In this document: piece after piece, positions 16,803-26,212 of the stretch | How positions within the stretch are numbered: the stretch's first letter is position 1 | Layout: each line of letters starts with the position of its first letter | Source: Candidatus Krumholzibacteriota bacterium | GTDB lineage: Bacteria; Krumholzibacteriota; Krumholzibacteriia; LZORAL124-64-63 | DNA: 28,672 nucleotides | Reading direction: 5' to 3' | Assembly: GCA_039714075.1 (NCBI GenBank) | Contig: JBDLKA010000039.1 | Location: 1 to 28,672 of the forward strand | The notes under the pieces: generated by a model | Databases searched by the model: none | The model's input: only the letters and a program-made list of their open reading frames with translations | What the model was told of the DNA's origin: nothing | Program-made: the position numbers and the translations under genes

Positions 16803-18332
16803 ATGGCCAAACTGACCATAGACGGCAAGGAGATCGAGGTTCCCGACGGAACCAGTCTGTTCGACGCCTGCCGCGACGCGCGGGGTGAAGCCCTGCCGCA
16901 TTTCTGCTACCACCCCGATCTGTCGATCGCGGGTGTCTGCCGCCTGTGCCAGGTGGAAGTCGAAGGCATGCCCAAGCTGACCATCGCCTGCAACACGACC
17001 GTGCGCGACGGCATGGTGGTGCACACCAGGAACGAGCGGGTCACCAGCGCCTCGACCCAGATCCTGGAAATGCACCTGATCAACCATCCGGTCGATTGTC
17101 CCATCTGTGACCAGGCAGGGGAGTGCGGGCTGCAGAACCAGTACATGAACCACGGCCTGTACGAAGCCAAGGTCGAGATGGACGACAAGGTGACCAAGGC
17201 CAAGGCCCAGGTCATCGGGCCCCACGTCATTCTGGACAAGGAACGCTGCGTGCTTTGCAGCCGCTGCGTGCGCTTTTGCGACGAGGTGACCGGCACCGGG
17301 GAAATGGGCATCTTCAACCGGGGCGACCGGGCCGAGATCGGCACCGCGCCCGGGGTGGAACTGGACAACAACTACAGCCTGAACACCGTGGATCTGTGCC
17401 CGGTGGGCGCCTTGACCAGCCGGGATTTCCGCTTCCAGAAACGGGTCTGGATGCTGAAGGCTACGTCCAGCGTGTGTCCCGGTTGCGCCACCGGGTGCAA
17501 CGTGCGCATCGATCACGAGGCCGGGCGCATCTTCCGGCTCAAGCCCAGGTACAACCCCGAAGTCAACGGACGCTGGATGTGCGACAAGGGTCGGATGGTC
17601 TACAAGGCCGTGCACGACGAGGGCCGTCTGGGCGATCCCATGGTTGCCGGCGATGCCGGCGCCTGGTCCGCTGTCCCCGGGGCCGTGGCCGATCTGGGAG
17701 CAAAGGACGGCTTCGGCTTGGCCATTACCGGGCCCCACCAGAGCCTGGAGGAGATGCACCTGTTGAAGGTCCTGGCCGGCGACGCGCCGGTCCACGGTGG
17801 GTTGACCGGCACCGACCGGGACGAAAAGGACAACCTCCTGCTGGACGCCGACCGCACGCCCAACCGGAAGGGTCTGGCCCTGCTGGGAATCGAGCAGAGT
17901 GACGGTTCGGCTCTGGCCGGCGCCATCAAGGGCGCCTCCGGACCGATCCTGATCCACGGTGGCGATCCCGCCGCCGACCCGGCCGTGGCCGAGGCGCTGT
18001 CCGGCAAGAACACGATCTACATCGGTACCCGCGGCAACGCGACTTCCGCCCTGGCCACCGTCGTCCTGCCGGCAGCCATGTGGGCCGAAAAGGACGGGAT
18101 CTTCGTCAACCGGGACGGCCGCCTGCAGCGGTTCGCCCAGGGGGTGGCCCGTCACGGCAACGCCCGCGAGGACTGGCGCATCCTGGCCGAGTTGATGAAC
18201 GTCCGCGGGCTGGCGGGGGCGCCGGGCAGCCTGAAGGGCCTGCGGTCCGGACTGAATGCTGCCGCGGGCCTGGATGCGGACCTGAACAAACTGCCGGAAA
18301 GAGGCTTCGTGCCCGGGGGTGACGTCCGATGA
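16803..18332 (+). CDS. nuoG: NADH-quinone oxidoreductase subunit G (short form, 509 aa)
   Basis: CYHPDLSIAGVCRLC...C, HPVDCPICDQAGEC, CVLCSRC...CPVGAL and CPGCATGC...CDKGR. Confidence 0.93.
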   Translation: MAKLTIDGKEIEVPDGTSLFDACRDARGEALPHFCYHPDLSIAGVCRLCQVEVEGMPKLTIACNTTVRDGMVVHTRNERVTSASTQILEMHLINHPVDCPICDQAGECGLQNQYMNHGLYEAKVEMDDKVTKAKAQVIGPHVILDKERCVLCSRCVRFCDEVTGTGEMGIFNRGDRAEIGTAPGVELDNNYSLNTVDLCPVGALTSRDFRFQKRVWMLKATSSVCPGCATGCNVRIDHEAGRIFRLKPRYNPEVNGRWMCDKGRMVYKAVHDEGRLGDPMVAGDAGAWSAVPGAVADLGAKDGFGLAITGPHQSLEEMHLLKVLAGDAPVHGGLTGTDRDEKDNLLLDADRTPNRKGLALLGIEQSDGSALAGAIKGASGPILIHGGDPAADPAVAEALSGKNTIYIGTRGNATSALATVVLPAAMWAEKDGIFVNRDGRLQRFAQGVARHGNAREDWRILAELMNVRGLAGAPGSLKGLRSGLNAAAGLDADLNKLPERGFVPGGDVR

Positions 18333-19600
18333 CCATCGTTTTCGATACACTCGCGAAGATCGGCTTCTTCTTCGCCCTGATCATGGGCCTGGTCGTCGTT
18401 CTCATCTGGATGGAACGCAAGGGCGCGGCCTTCATCCAGGACCGGACCGGGCCGAACCGGGCCTCCATCGGGGGTGTCCGGCTGGCCGGGCTGGTCCATC
18501 CGGTGGCCGACGTCTTCAAGCTCCTGTTCAAGGAGGACGTCGCGCCCGCCAACCGGCACCAGGCGCTGTACAACCTGGCGCCCTGGCTGGTGATGACCAT
18601 CGCCCTGAGCACCTATGCCGTCATCCCCTTCGGTGATTTTCTGACCGTGGCGGGCCGGCGGGTGCCGCTGGTGGTCGCCGATCTCAACGTGGGGCTCCTG
18701 TACATCCTGGCGGTCGCCAGCCTGGCCACCTACGGGGTGGTCATGGCCGGGTGGGCGGCCAACAACAAGTTCACCTTCCTGGGGGGCATCCGCGCCACCA
18801 GCCAGATGATCAGCTACGAGATCAGCATGGGGCTGGCCCTCATGGGTCTGGTCCTGGTCTTCTCGAGCCTGCAGATCACCGACATCGTGGCCGGACAGGG
18901 CGACCTGGTCTGGGGCTTTCTGCCCAAGTGGGGCGTGGTGGTGCAGCCGCTCGGTTTCATCCTGTTCATTGTCGCGGTGTTCGCCGAGACCAACCGGAAC
19001 CCCTTCGACCTGCCCGAGGGCGAATCCGAAATCGTGGCCGGTTTCCACCTGGAATACAGTTCCATGAAGTTCGCGCTGTTCTTCATGGCCGAGTACGCGC
19101 ACATGGTGATCGGGGCCGCCCTGATCGCGACCTTCTATTTCGGGGGCTACCAGATACCCTGGCTGCCCCGGCCGCTGATCGAGGCCCACGCGGGCCTGAT
19201 CCTGACCCTGAAACTGATCGGGGTGGCGGTCGCCGCGCTTTTGATCGCGATGCTTTTCTTCCGCCGGGTCCAGAAGGAAAAAGGCAAGTTCGGCGATGCC
19301 CGGGACCGCGAACCCGTGCTCGGCGCGGGGTTGTGGGTCCTGGTATCCCTGGGGGCGCTGGCGGGCCTGGCGCTCAAGCCCTGGGCCATCGGCCCGGCCG
19401 GGGCCGAGGTCGTCGCTTCGCTGCTGCAGATCATGGCCTTCGTGGCCAAGGTCGTTTTCTTTGCCTGGCTGTTCATCTGGGTCCGCTGGACCCTGCCGCG
19501 ATTCCGTTACGACCAGTTGATGCGGCTGGGCTGGAAGGTCTGGCTGCCGTTGGGCCTGGCCAATCTGGTGGTCACCGCCGTCGTGATGGCGATTGTCTGA
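18329..19600 (+). CDS. nuoH: NADH-quinone oxidoreductase subunit H (long form, 423 aa)
   Basis: WMERK...QDRTGPNR, SQMISYE, AETNRNPFDLPEGESE, PRFRYDQLM. Confidence 0.96.
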   Translation: MTIVFDTLAKIGFFFALIMGLVVVLIWMERKGAAFIQDRTGPNRASIGGVRLAGLVHPVADVFKLLFKEDVAPANRHQALYNLAPWLVMTIALSTYAVIPFGDFLTVAGRRVPLVVADLNVGLLYILAVASLATYGVVMAGWAANNKFTFLGGIRATSQMISYEISMGLALMGLVLVFSSLQITDIVAGQGDLVWGFLPKWGVVVQPLGFILFIVAVFAETNRNPFDLPEGESEIVAGFHLEYSSMKFALFFMAEYAHMVIGAALIATFYFGGYQIPWLPRPLIEAHAGLILTLKLIGVAVAALLIAMLFFRRVQKEKGKFGDARDREPVLGAGLWVLVSLGALAGLALKPWAIGPAGAEVVASLLQIMAFVAKVVFFAWLFIWVRWTLPRFRYDQLMRLGWKVWLPLGLANLVVTAVVMAIV

Positions 19601-19613
19601 TACGAGGAGTGCC

Positions 19614-20120
19614 ATGAGTTTCGAAGGATTACCCAAGGGTTCCGGCGACAAGAAAAGGTCGTTCCTGGAATCGATCTACCTGTGGGAAGTGGTGCGCGGG
19701 TTGGGGGTGACGGCCGGTCATCTGGTCAAGAACATCCTGAACACCGACGACATGCCCACCATGCAGTACCCCGAGGAAAAGCGGGTGTACGGGGATCGTT
19801 TCCGGGGCCGGCACCGGCTGATGCAGCGGGACGACGGGTCCGCCAAATGCGTGGCCTGCCAGATGTGCTCGACCTATTGTCCGGCCGACTGCATCGAAAT
19901 CGTGGGCGCCGAGCATCCCGATCCCAAGATCGAGAAATATCCGCTCACTTTCGAGATCGATCTGCTGCGCTGCGTCTACTGCGGGCTGTGCGAGGAAGCC
20001 TGCCCGTGCGACGCCATCCGCCTGGACACCGGTATCTATGAAATCGCCGCGGACAGCCGCGAAAAATTCGTCGTCGACAAGGAGTTTCTCCTGAACAACG
20101 ACACCGACGGGACCCTCTGA
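19614..20120 (+). CDS. nuoI: NADH-quinone oxidoreductase subunit I
   Basis: TMQYPEEK, RFRGRH, CVACQMCSTYCP and CVYCGLCEEACP. Start set to ATG 19614 after GAGGAG. Confidence 0.95.
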   Translation: MSFEGLPKGSGDKKRSFLESIYLWEVVRGLGVTAGHLVKNILNTDDMPTMQYPEEKRVYGDRFRGRHRLMQRDDGSAKCVACQMCSTYCPADCIEIVGAEHPDPKIEKYPLTFEIDLLRCVYCGLCEEACPCDAIRLDTGIYEIAADSREKFVVDKEFLLNNDTDGTL

Positions 20121-20155
20121 CACGAGGTCCGGATCGAAGCAGGGAAAGGCGCGAC

Positions 20156-20671
20156 ATGGAAGGTATTCTGTTCTGGGTTTGCGGACTTTTGATGGTCCTG
20201 GGCGGCCTGATGACGGTGGTTCAGCGCAGTGCCGTGGTTTCGGCGGTGTGGCTGATCTTCGCCTTCGTCTGCGCGGCCGGGATCTTCGCCCTGCTGGCGG
20301 CCCCCTTTCTGGCGGTCATGCAGATCCTGGTCTACGCCGGCGCCATCATGGTGCTGTTCCTGTTCGTGATCATGATGCTCCAGGGTCCGGTCCTGGAAGG
20401 TGAGCGCAAAAGGCTGGCGCTGCCGCTGTGGCCCGCGGTGGCCGTGCCGCCCATGGCCGTGGTGGTCATGGTGGCGGGCTACGTACAAAGGGACGGGGTC
20501 ACGCAGATGGCGGGGCCCGTTCCCGAGGGCTTCGGTTCCCCCCAGCACGTGGCCGGGCTTCTGCTGGGCAAGTACCTGCTGGCCTTCGAACTGATTTCCA
20601 TCGTGCTGCTGGTTGCCATCATCGGCGCCCTGGCCATTGGCAAGGATGAAAGGAAGCTGCCGTGGAAATAA
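20156..20671 (+). CDS. nuoJ: NADH-quinone oxidoreductase subunit J
   Basis: QILVYAGAIMVLFLFVIMM, YLLAFELISIVLLVAIIGA. Confidence 0.95.
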   Translation: MEGILFWVCGLLMVLGGLMTVVQRSAVVSAVWLIFAFVCAAGIFALLAAPFLAVMQILVYAGAIMVLFLFVIMMLQGPVLEGERKRLALPLWPAVAVPPMAVVVMVAGYVQRDGVTQMAGPVPEGFGSPQHVAGLLLGKYLLAFELISIVLLVAIIGALAIGKDERKLPWK

Positions 20672-20967
20672 CCCTGACCCATTATCTCCTGTTGGCCATG
20701 GTGTTGTTCCTGACCGGCATGGTGGGGTTCGTGCTGCGCCGCAACGCCATCGTCATGCTGATGTGTGTCGAGTTGATGCTCTGTTCGGTGAACATCGTGT
20801 TCGCGGCTTTCAGCCGGTTTCACGCCTCCGCCGACGGACACGTTTTTGTCCTGATGAATTTTGCCGTCGCCGCCGCGGAAGCGGCCATCGGTCTGGCCAT
20901 TCTGGTGGAGATCTTCCGCCGCCGCCGCACCGTGAACGTCGATGACCTCAAAGCCCTGATGGAGTAA
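20662..20967 (+). CDS. nuoK: NADH-quinone oxidoreductase subunit K
   Basis: RRNAIVMLMCVELML, VAAAEAAIGLAI; GTG start. Confidence 0.95.
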   Translation: MEITLTHYLLLAMVLFLTGMVGFVLRRNAIVMLMCVELMLCSVNIVFAAFSRFHASADGHVFVLMNFAVAAAEAAIGLAILVEIFRRRRTVNVDDLKALME

Positions 20968-20971
20968 CGCA

Positions 20972-23005
20972 GTGGATAGCCACACCACGGAAACCTTGCT
21001 GCGCTGGATCGTCCTGGTGCCCCTGCTCGGGGCGGCCGTCGGCGGGCTGTTGAACAGACGGCTGCCGAAAAAGGTCGCCGGCCTGATGGCCTGCGGGACG
21101 GTGGGCGTCAGTTTCGCCCTGTCGGTGACGGTGTTTTTGCGGCTGACCCGGATGCCGGCCGCCGAACGCTTCGTCAGCGACACCATGGCCACCTGGATCG
21201 GCTTCGGCAACCTGCAGGTCGATCTCGGATTCTCCATGGATCCCCTGAGCGGGGTGATGGCCCTGGTCGTGACCGGGGTGGGATTCCTGATCCACATCTA
21301 TTCCCTGGGGTACATGGCCCACGACGAAGGCTTCAGCCGCTTCTTCGCCTACCTGAACCTGTTCATCTTCGCCATGATGACCCTGGTGCTGGGCGAAAAC
21401 CTCCTGATGCTCTTCGTGGGCTGGGAGGGCGTGGGGCTGTGCAGCTACCTGCTGATCAGCTTCTGGTTCAACGACGAGGCCAACGCCGCGGCCGGCAAGA
21501 AGGCGTTCATCGTCAACCGGGTGGGCGACTTCGGCTTCCTGCTGGGCATCTTCCTGATCGGCGTGACTTTGATGCCGCACCTGGGCCAAGGGGAGGGGCT
21601 GCTCAGTTTCCGCACCCTGCAGCACCACTCCGGGCTCATGGCGCCTGTGGCCACGGCCATCTGCCTGTTGCTGTTCCTGGGGGCCACGGGCAAGTCGGCC
21701 CAGATTCCCTTGTACATCTGGCTGCCCGACGCCATGGCCGGGCCGACCCCGGTCAGCGCCCTGATCCACGCCGCCACCATGGTCACCGCCGGTGTCTACA
21801 TGGTGGCCCGCATGAACTTCCTGTTCATCCTGTCGCCCACGGCCATGACCGTGGTCGCGGCGGTCGGGGTCGTGACGGCCATTTTCGCCGCCACCATCGC
21901 CCTGACCCAGAACGACATCAAGAAGGTCCTGGCCTATTCCACCGTCAGCCAGCTCGGTTACATGATGCTGGCCTGCGGGGTGGGGGCCTTCGGCATCGGG
22001 ATCTTCCACGTCATGACCCACGCCTTCTTCAAGGCCCTGCTGTTCCTCGGCTCCGGTTCGGTGATCCACGCCATGAGCAACGAACAGGATATGCGGGTCA
22101 TGGGCGGGCTGAAGGACAAGCTGCCGGTCACCTACTGGACCTTCCTGGTCGGGACCCTGGCCCTGGCCGGCATTTTTCCGCTGGCTGGTTTCTTCAGCAA
22201 GGACGAGATCCTCTGGAAAGCTTTCAGCAGTGATCTGGGAGGTGTGCTGCCCTGGGCCATCGGGTTCCTGGCCGCGGGCCTGACCGCCTTCTACATGATG
22301 CGCCTGGTGGTGTTGACCTTCTTCGGTGAAAACCGCGCCAGCGCGGAAGTCAGAAGTCACATCCACGAATCCCCGGCCACCATGACGATGCCGCTGGTCA
22401 TCCTGGCCGTGCTGTCGGTCGTCGGCGGCTGGATCGGCTGGCCCCACTTCATGGGCGGCGGCGCCTGGTTCGAGCAGTGGCTCGAGCCTGTTTTCGCCGG
22501 AACTCATGCGGCGGATCACGGCGGTCACGGGGTCATCACCCACGCCATGGAAACGGCGGGCCATGTCGCCACCGGCGGCCACGCGGCGGGCGAGGCCATG
22601 CACGACACGATGATGGAATGGATCCTGGCTGGGGCGTCCCTGGTCTGGGGGCTGCTCGGGCTTAGTGTCGGCTGGTTCGTCTACATGAAGAAGATTTCCA
22701 TCGCGACGGCCTTCAGGAACATGGCCGGTGGGTTCCCCCACAAGGTCCTGCTCAACAAATACTACGTGGACGAGGCTTATGAAGGCACCTTCATTCGTCC
22801 GGGTTACCGCCTGTCGAAAAGTATCTTATGGAAGATCGTGGACGCGGGTCTGATCGACGGTCTTCTGGTCAACGGTTCCGCCCTCGTGGTGGCGATCACC
22901 GGGTCGATGCTGCGGCTGTTCCAGAACGGAATGGTCCGCTTCTACGCCTGGTCGTTCACCGTCGGGGTCACGGTCTTTGTCCTTTACCTCAGTTTCTCGG
23001 GCTAG
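20972..23005 (+). CDS. nuoL: NADH-quinone oxidoreductase subunit L
   Basis: GWEGVGLCSYLLI, NRVGD, GKSAQIPLYIWLPDAMAGPTPVSALIHAATMV, HAFFKALLFL; GTG start. Confidence 0.97.
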   Translation: MDSHTTETLLRWIVLVPLLGAAVGGLLNRRLPKKVAGLMACGTVGVSFALSVTVFLRLTRMPAAERFVSDTMATWIGFGNLQVDLGFSMDPLSGVMALVVTGVGFLIHIYSLGYMAHDEGFSRFFAYLNLFIFAMMTLVLGENLLMLFVGWEGVGLCSYLLISFWFNDEANAAAGKKAFIVNRVGDFGFLLGIFLIGVTLMPHLGQGEGLLSFRTLQHHSGLMAPVATAICLLLFLGATGKSAQIPLYIWLPDAMAGPTPVSALIHAATMVTAGVYMVARMNFLFILSPTAMTVVAAVGVVTAIFAATIALTQNDIKKVLAYSTVSQLGYMMLACGVGAFGIGIFHVMTHAFFKALLFLGSGSVIHAMSNEQDMRVMGGLKDKLPVTYWTFLVGTLALAGIFPLAGFFSKDEILWKAFSSDLGGVLPWAIGFLAAGLTAFYMMRLVVLTFFGENRASAEVRSHIHESPATMTMPLVILAVLSVVGGWIGWPHFMGGGAWFEQWLEPVFAGTHAADHGGHGVITHAMETAGHVATGGHAAGEAMHDTMMEWILAGASLVWGLLGLSVGWFVYMKKISIATAFRNMAGGFPHKVLLNKYYVDEAYEGTFIRPGYRLSKSILWKIVDAGLIDGLLVNGSALVVAITGSMLRLFQNGMVRFYAWSFTVGVTVFVLYLSFSG

Positions 23006-23017
23006 GAGGACGCCGGT

Positions 23018-24619
23018 TTGTCGCTGATAACTGATCACATCCTGACGTGGGTCACCTTTCTGCCGCTGCTCGGTTCGGTGCTGCTGTGGACGGTCATCCG
23101 GCGTGATTCCCACGCCCGCATCTTCGCCCTGGTCGTGGCGGTGGCGGACTTCGTCCTTTCGTTGCACCTGTGGTTCCACTTCGACAGTGGCAACGGGAAC
23201 GACCAGTTCGTCGAAAAGGTCGCCTGGCTGTTCAACGGGCAGGTCAGCTACCACCTGGGCATGGACGGCATCAGCCTGGTCCTGGTGATGCTGACCACCT
23301 TCCTGGGCCCGCTGATCATCCTGTCCACCTTCAAGGCCGTCAACGACCGCGTGCGCGAATTCATGGCCTTCATCCTGTTCCTGCAGACGGCGATGATCGG
23401 CACCTTCTTCGCCCGGGATATGCTGCTGTTCTACGTTTTCTGGGAAGCCATGCTGATCCCGATGTACTTCATCATCGGCATCTGGGGCGGCCAGCGGCGC
23501 ATCTACGCCGCGGTGAAATTCTTCATCTTCACCATGGTCGGTTCGGTCTTCATGTTGGTCGGCATCCTGTACCTGTACTTCCAGGCCGGCAGCATGAACC
23601 TGACCGACTTCCTGAACGTCAGCCTGGGCCACGAGGCCCAGCTATGGCTGTTCGCGGCCTTCTTCCTGGCCTTCGCCATCAAGGTTCCGGTATTCCCCCT
23701 GCACACCTGGCTCCCCGACGCCCACGTCGAGGCGCCCACCGCCGGTTCGGTCGTTCTGGCCGGCGTGCTGCTGAAGATGGGCACCTACGGCATGTTGCGC
23801 TTCGCCATGCCCCTGTTCCCGGAGGGGGTCGAGTTCTTCGCGCCGGCGATCAGCATCCTGGCGGTGATCGGAATCATCTACGGCGCCCTGGTGGCCATGG
23901 TGCAGCCGGACGTCAAGAAGCTGGTGGCCTATTCTTCTGTCAGCCACCTCGGTTTCGTGGTTTTGGGGCTGTTCAGCCTGACGCCGCTGGGCGTGGCCGG
24001 CGGGATCTTCACGATGCTGGCCCACGGCCTGTCCACCGGCGCCCTGTTCCTTCTGGTCGGGGTGATCTACGAACGACGCCACACGCGGCAGATCGCCGAC
24101 TTCGGCGGCCTGGCCCACGGGATGCCCGTCTACGCCTCCTTCTTCATGATCGCGACCCTGGCCAGCGTCGGGTTGCCCGGCATGGCCGGTTTCATCGGCG
24201 AATTCCTGATCCTGTTCGGGACCTTCGGCAGCGAGACACTCGCCAACGCACGGTTGATGGCCGTCCTGGCGGCCACCGGCGTGGTCCTGGGGGCCATCTA
24301 TATGCTTTGGGTGTACCAGCGGGTCTTCTTCGGCAAGCTGGCCAATGAAAAGAACCAGGGGCTGCCCGATCTGAGCTTCCGGGAAGTGGTCGTGCTGCTG
24401 CCCATCGTGATCTTCATGTTCTGGCTGGGTGTCAGGCCCGGCCTGATCCTGGACAAGGTCGAAACCAGCGTGGCGACAGTTCTGGCGCCCCTTAACGGAG
24501 GGCTCCCCGCCGCCGGAGAAGATCCGTCCCATCATGTCCGCCGGATCGATACGGAATCCGAACCAGAATCCGCAACGGAAACCCCGGTCTTTGTCATCCG
24601 GGACACGGAGAACCAGTGA
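23018..24619 (+). CDS. nuoM: NADH-quinone oxidoreductase subunit M
   Basis: FYVFWE, KVPVFPLHTWLPDAHVEAPTAGS, LLKMGTYG, AYSSVSH, FIGEF; TTG start with AGGAGG SD. Confidence 0.97.
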   Translation: MSLITDHILTWVTFLPLLGSVLLWTVIRRDSHARIFALVVAVADFVLSLHLWFHFDSGNGNDQFVEKVAWLFNGQVSYHLGMDGISLVLVMLTTFLGPLIILSTFKAVNDRVREFMAFILFLQTAMIGTFFARDMLLFYVFWEAMLIPMYFIIGIWGGQRRIYAAVKFFIFTMVGSVFMLVGILYLYFQAGSMNLTDFLNVSLGHEAQLWLFAAFFLAFAIKVPVFPLHTWLPDAHVEAPTAGSVVLAGVLLKMGTYGMLRFAMPLFPEGVEFFAPAISILAVIGIIYGALVAMVQPDVKKLVAYSSVSHLGFVVLGLFSLTPLGVAGGIFTMLAHGLSTGALFLLVGVIYERRHTRQIADFGGLAHGMPVYASFFMIATLASVGLPGMAGFIGEFLILFGTFGSETLANARLMAVLAATGVVLGAIYMLWVYQRVFFGKLANEKNQGLPDLSFREVVVLLPIVIFMFWLGVRPGLILDKVETSVATVLAPLNGGLPAAGEDPSHHVRRIDTESEPESATETPVFVIRDTENQ

Positions 24620-26133
24620 TGAATGAATTTTTCGCTCCGAATATCAGCGGCCAGTGGGGGGACCTGCTGCCCTATCTGATCGTGGCGGTCGGCGGCCTGC
24701 TGGTCATGGTGGTGGATTCCTTCGTCCGCACGCTCAAGAAGGACCACCTGTCGTACCTGACCATGTTCATCCTGATCGGCGCGGTCATCGTGCAGATCGT
24801 CGGCCAGCGCAACGACGGCGCGGTACTCGGCGGCATGATGATCATCGGGGACTTCACCCGGTTCTTCAACTATCTGTTCGCGGGCATCGGGGTGATGACC
24901 ACCATTTTCGCCACCGGCCTTTTCGACCGCGAGGGCAAATACCGTCCCGAGTTCTATCCGCTGCTGCTGTTCAGCATCCTGGGTATGATGGTCCTGGTGG
25001 CCGCCAACGATTTGATGACGGTATTCCTCGGTCTGGAAACCATGAGCCTGGCCACCTACATCCTGGTCGGCGGGGTGCGGGGCAACATCCGCAGCAGCGA
25101 GGCCGGTTTCAAGTACCTGGTCCTGGGCGGTTTTTCCTCGGCCTTCCTGCTGATGGGCATGGCCCTGATCTACGGCTTCGCCGGCGGGACGGGTTTCGCC
25201 GACATCACCGAGGCCCTGATGGTGCGGGATCCCGACGTGCTGATCGTGGGGCTGGGCTCGGCCCTGATGCTGGTGGGCTTCGGCTTCAAGGTGGCGATGG
25301 TCCCGTTCCACATGTGGACGCCCGACGTCTACGACGGCGCCCCCTCGTACGTCACCGGTTTCATGGCGACGGCCATCAAGGCTGCCGGCATCGCCATCCT
25401 GGTGCGCTTCGTCATCCTGATGCAGCCCCAGATGGCCTTCGCCTGGTACCCGGTCCTGACGGTGCTGGCCGTCGTGACCATGAGTGTGGGCAACCTGGTG
25501 GCCCTGGCGCAGAGCAACATCAAACGCATGCTGGCCTGGTCCAGCGTCGCCCACGCGGGTTACCTGTTGCTGGGCGTGGTGACCCTGATCTCACCGCCGG
25601 CGGGCGGCTCGGACATGATGATGATGGGCCAGGAGGTGGGGGAGTCCGCCGGGTCGGCCATCCTGTTCTATCTGGTGGGTTACAGCCTGATGAACCTGGC
25701 CGCCTTCGGCATCATCAACGTCATGAGCGACAAGTCCGGACGGGACGCCGACGATATCAACGGTTACGCGGGGCTGAGCCGCCGCCAACCCCTGGCCGCG
25801 GCTACCCTCGGCATCGCGCTGCTGTCCCTGGCCGGGATTCCTCCCTTCGTCGGGTTCATGGCCAAGTTCTACCTGTTCAGCGCCGTGGTGCGCGCGGGGT
25901 TGATTCCGCTGGCCATCATCGGGGTCGTCAATTCCCTGGTTTCGGTCTACTACTATCTGCGCGTCCTGGTGCTGATGTACATGAAGGAGCCCGAGGAATC
26001 GAGCTACCGTGGCACTGAACTGGTGTCCGTGGTTACTTCGGGCGTGCTGGCGCTGCTGGTGATCTGGCTCGGCGTGATGCCCGAGGCCTTCCACCGGGCG
26101 GCCCTGGTCATATTCAGGCAGTTCCAATTCTAG
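24616..26133 (+). CDS. nuoN: NADH-quinone oxidoreductase subunit N
   Basis: FLGLETMSL, SEAGFKY, FKVAMVPFHMWTPDVYDGAP, SLAGIPPFVGFMAK, YYYLR. Start is GTG 24616 or ATG 24619. Confidence 0.97.
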   Translation: MMNEFFAPNISGQWGDLLPYLIVAVGGLLVMVVDSFVRTLKKDHLSYLTMFILIGAVIVQIVGQRNDGAVLGGMMIIGDFTRFFNYLFAGIGVMTTIFATGLFDREGKYRPEFYPLLLFSILGMMVLVAANDLMTVFLGLETMSLATYILVGGVRGNIRSSEAGFKYLVLGGFSSAFLLMGMALIYGFAGGTGFADITEALMVRDPDVLIVGLGSALMLVGFGFKVAMVPFHMWTPDVYDGAPSYVTGFMATAIKAAGIAILVRFVILMQPQMAFAWYPVLTVLAVVTMSVGNLVALAQSNIKRMLAWSSVAHAGYLLLGVVTLISPPAGGSDMMMMGQEVGESAGSAILFYLVGYSLMNLAAFGIINVMSDKSGRDADDINGYAGLSRRQPLAAATLGIALLSLAGIPPFVGFMAKFYLFSAVVRAGLIPLAIIGVVNSLVSVYYYLRVLVLMYMKEPEESSYRGTELVSVVTSGVLALLVIWLGVMPEAFHRAALVIFRQFQF

Positions 26134-26159
26134 AATTAAACTTCCGGTTCGCTTATGAT

Positions 26160-26190
26160 CGGCCCCGCCCCACGGCGGGGCCGCTTTTTT
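26160..26190 (+). terminator. Intrinsic terminator of the nuo operon
   Basis: Perfect 10-bp stem CGGCCCCGCC-CCAC-GGCGGGGCCG followed by CTTTTTT. Confidence 0.9.
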
Positions 26191-26212
26191 CACGCCGTAT
26201 CCCGGAGACGAA

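Noticed and set aside
13342..25554. Long antisense ORFs opposite nuo genes (e.g. 13342-14982, 15212-16828, 16737-18350, 18152-19651, 20948-22741) and opposite the RND genes
   Set aside because: Shadow frames expected from strong GC3 bias; no recognisable motifs, and they fully overlap well-supported genes.
25615..25626. (ATG)4 run encoding MMMM in nuoN
   Set aside because: Short in-frame triplet run in a variable loop; it cannot cause frameshift phase variation.
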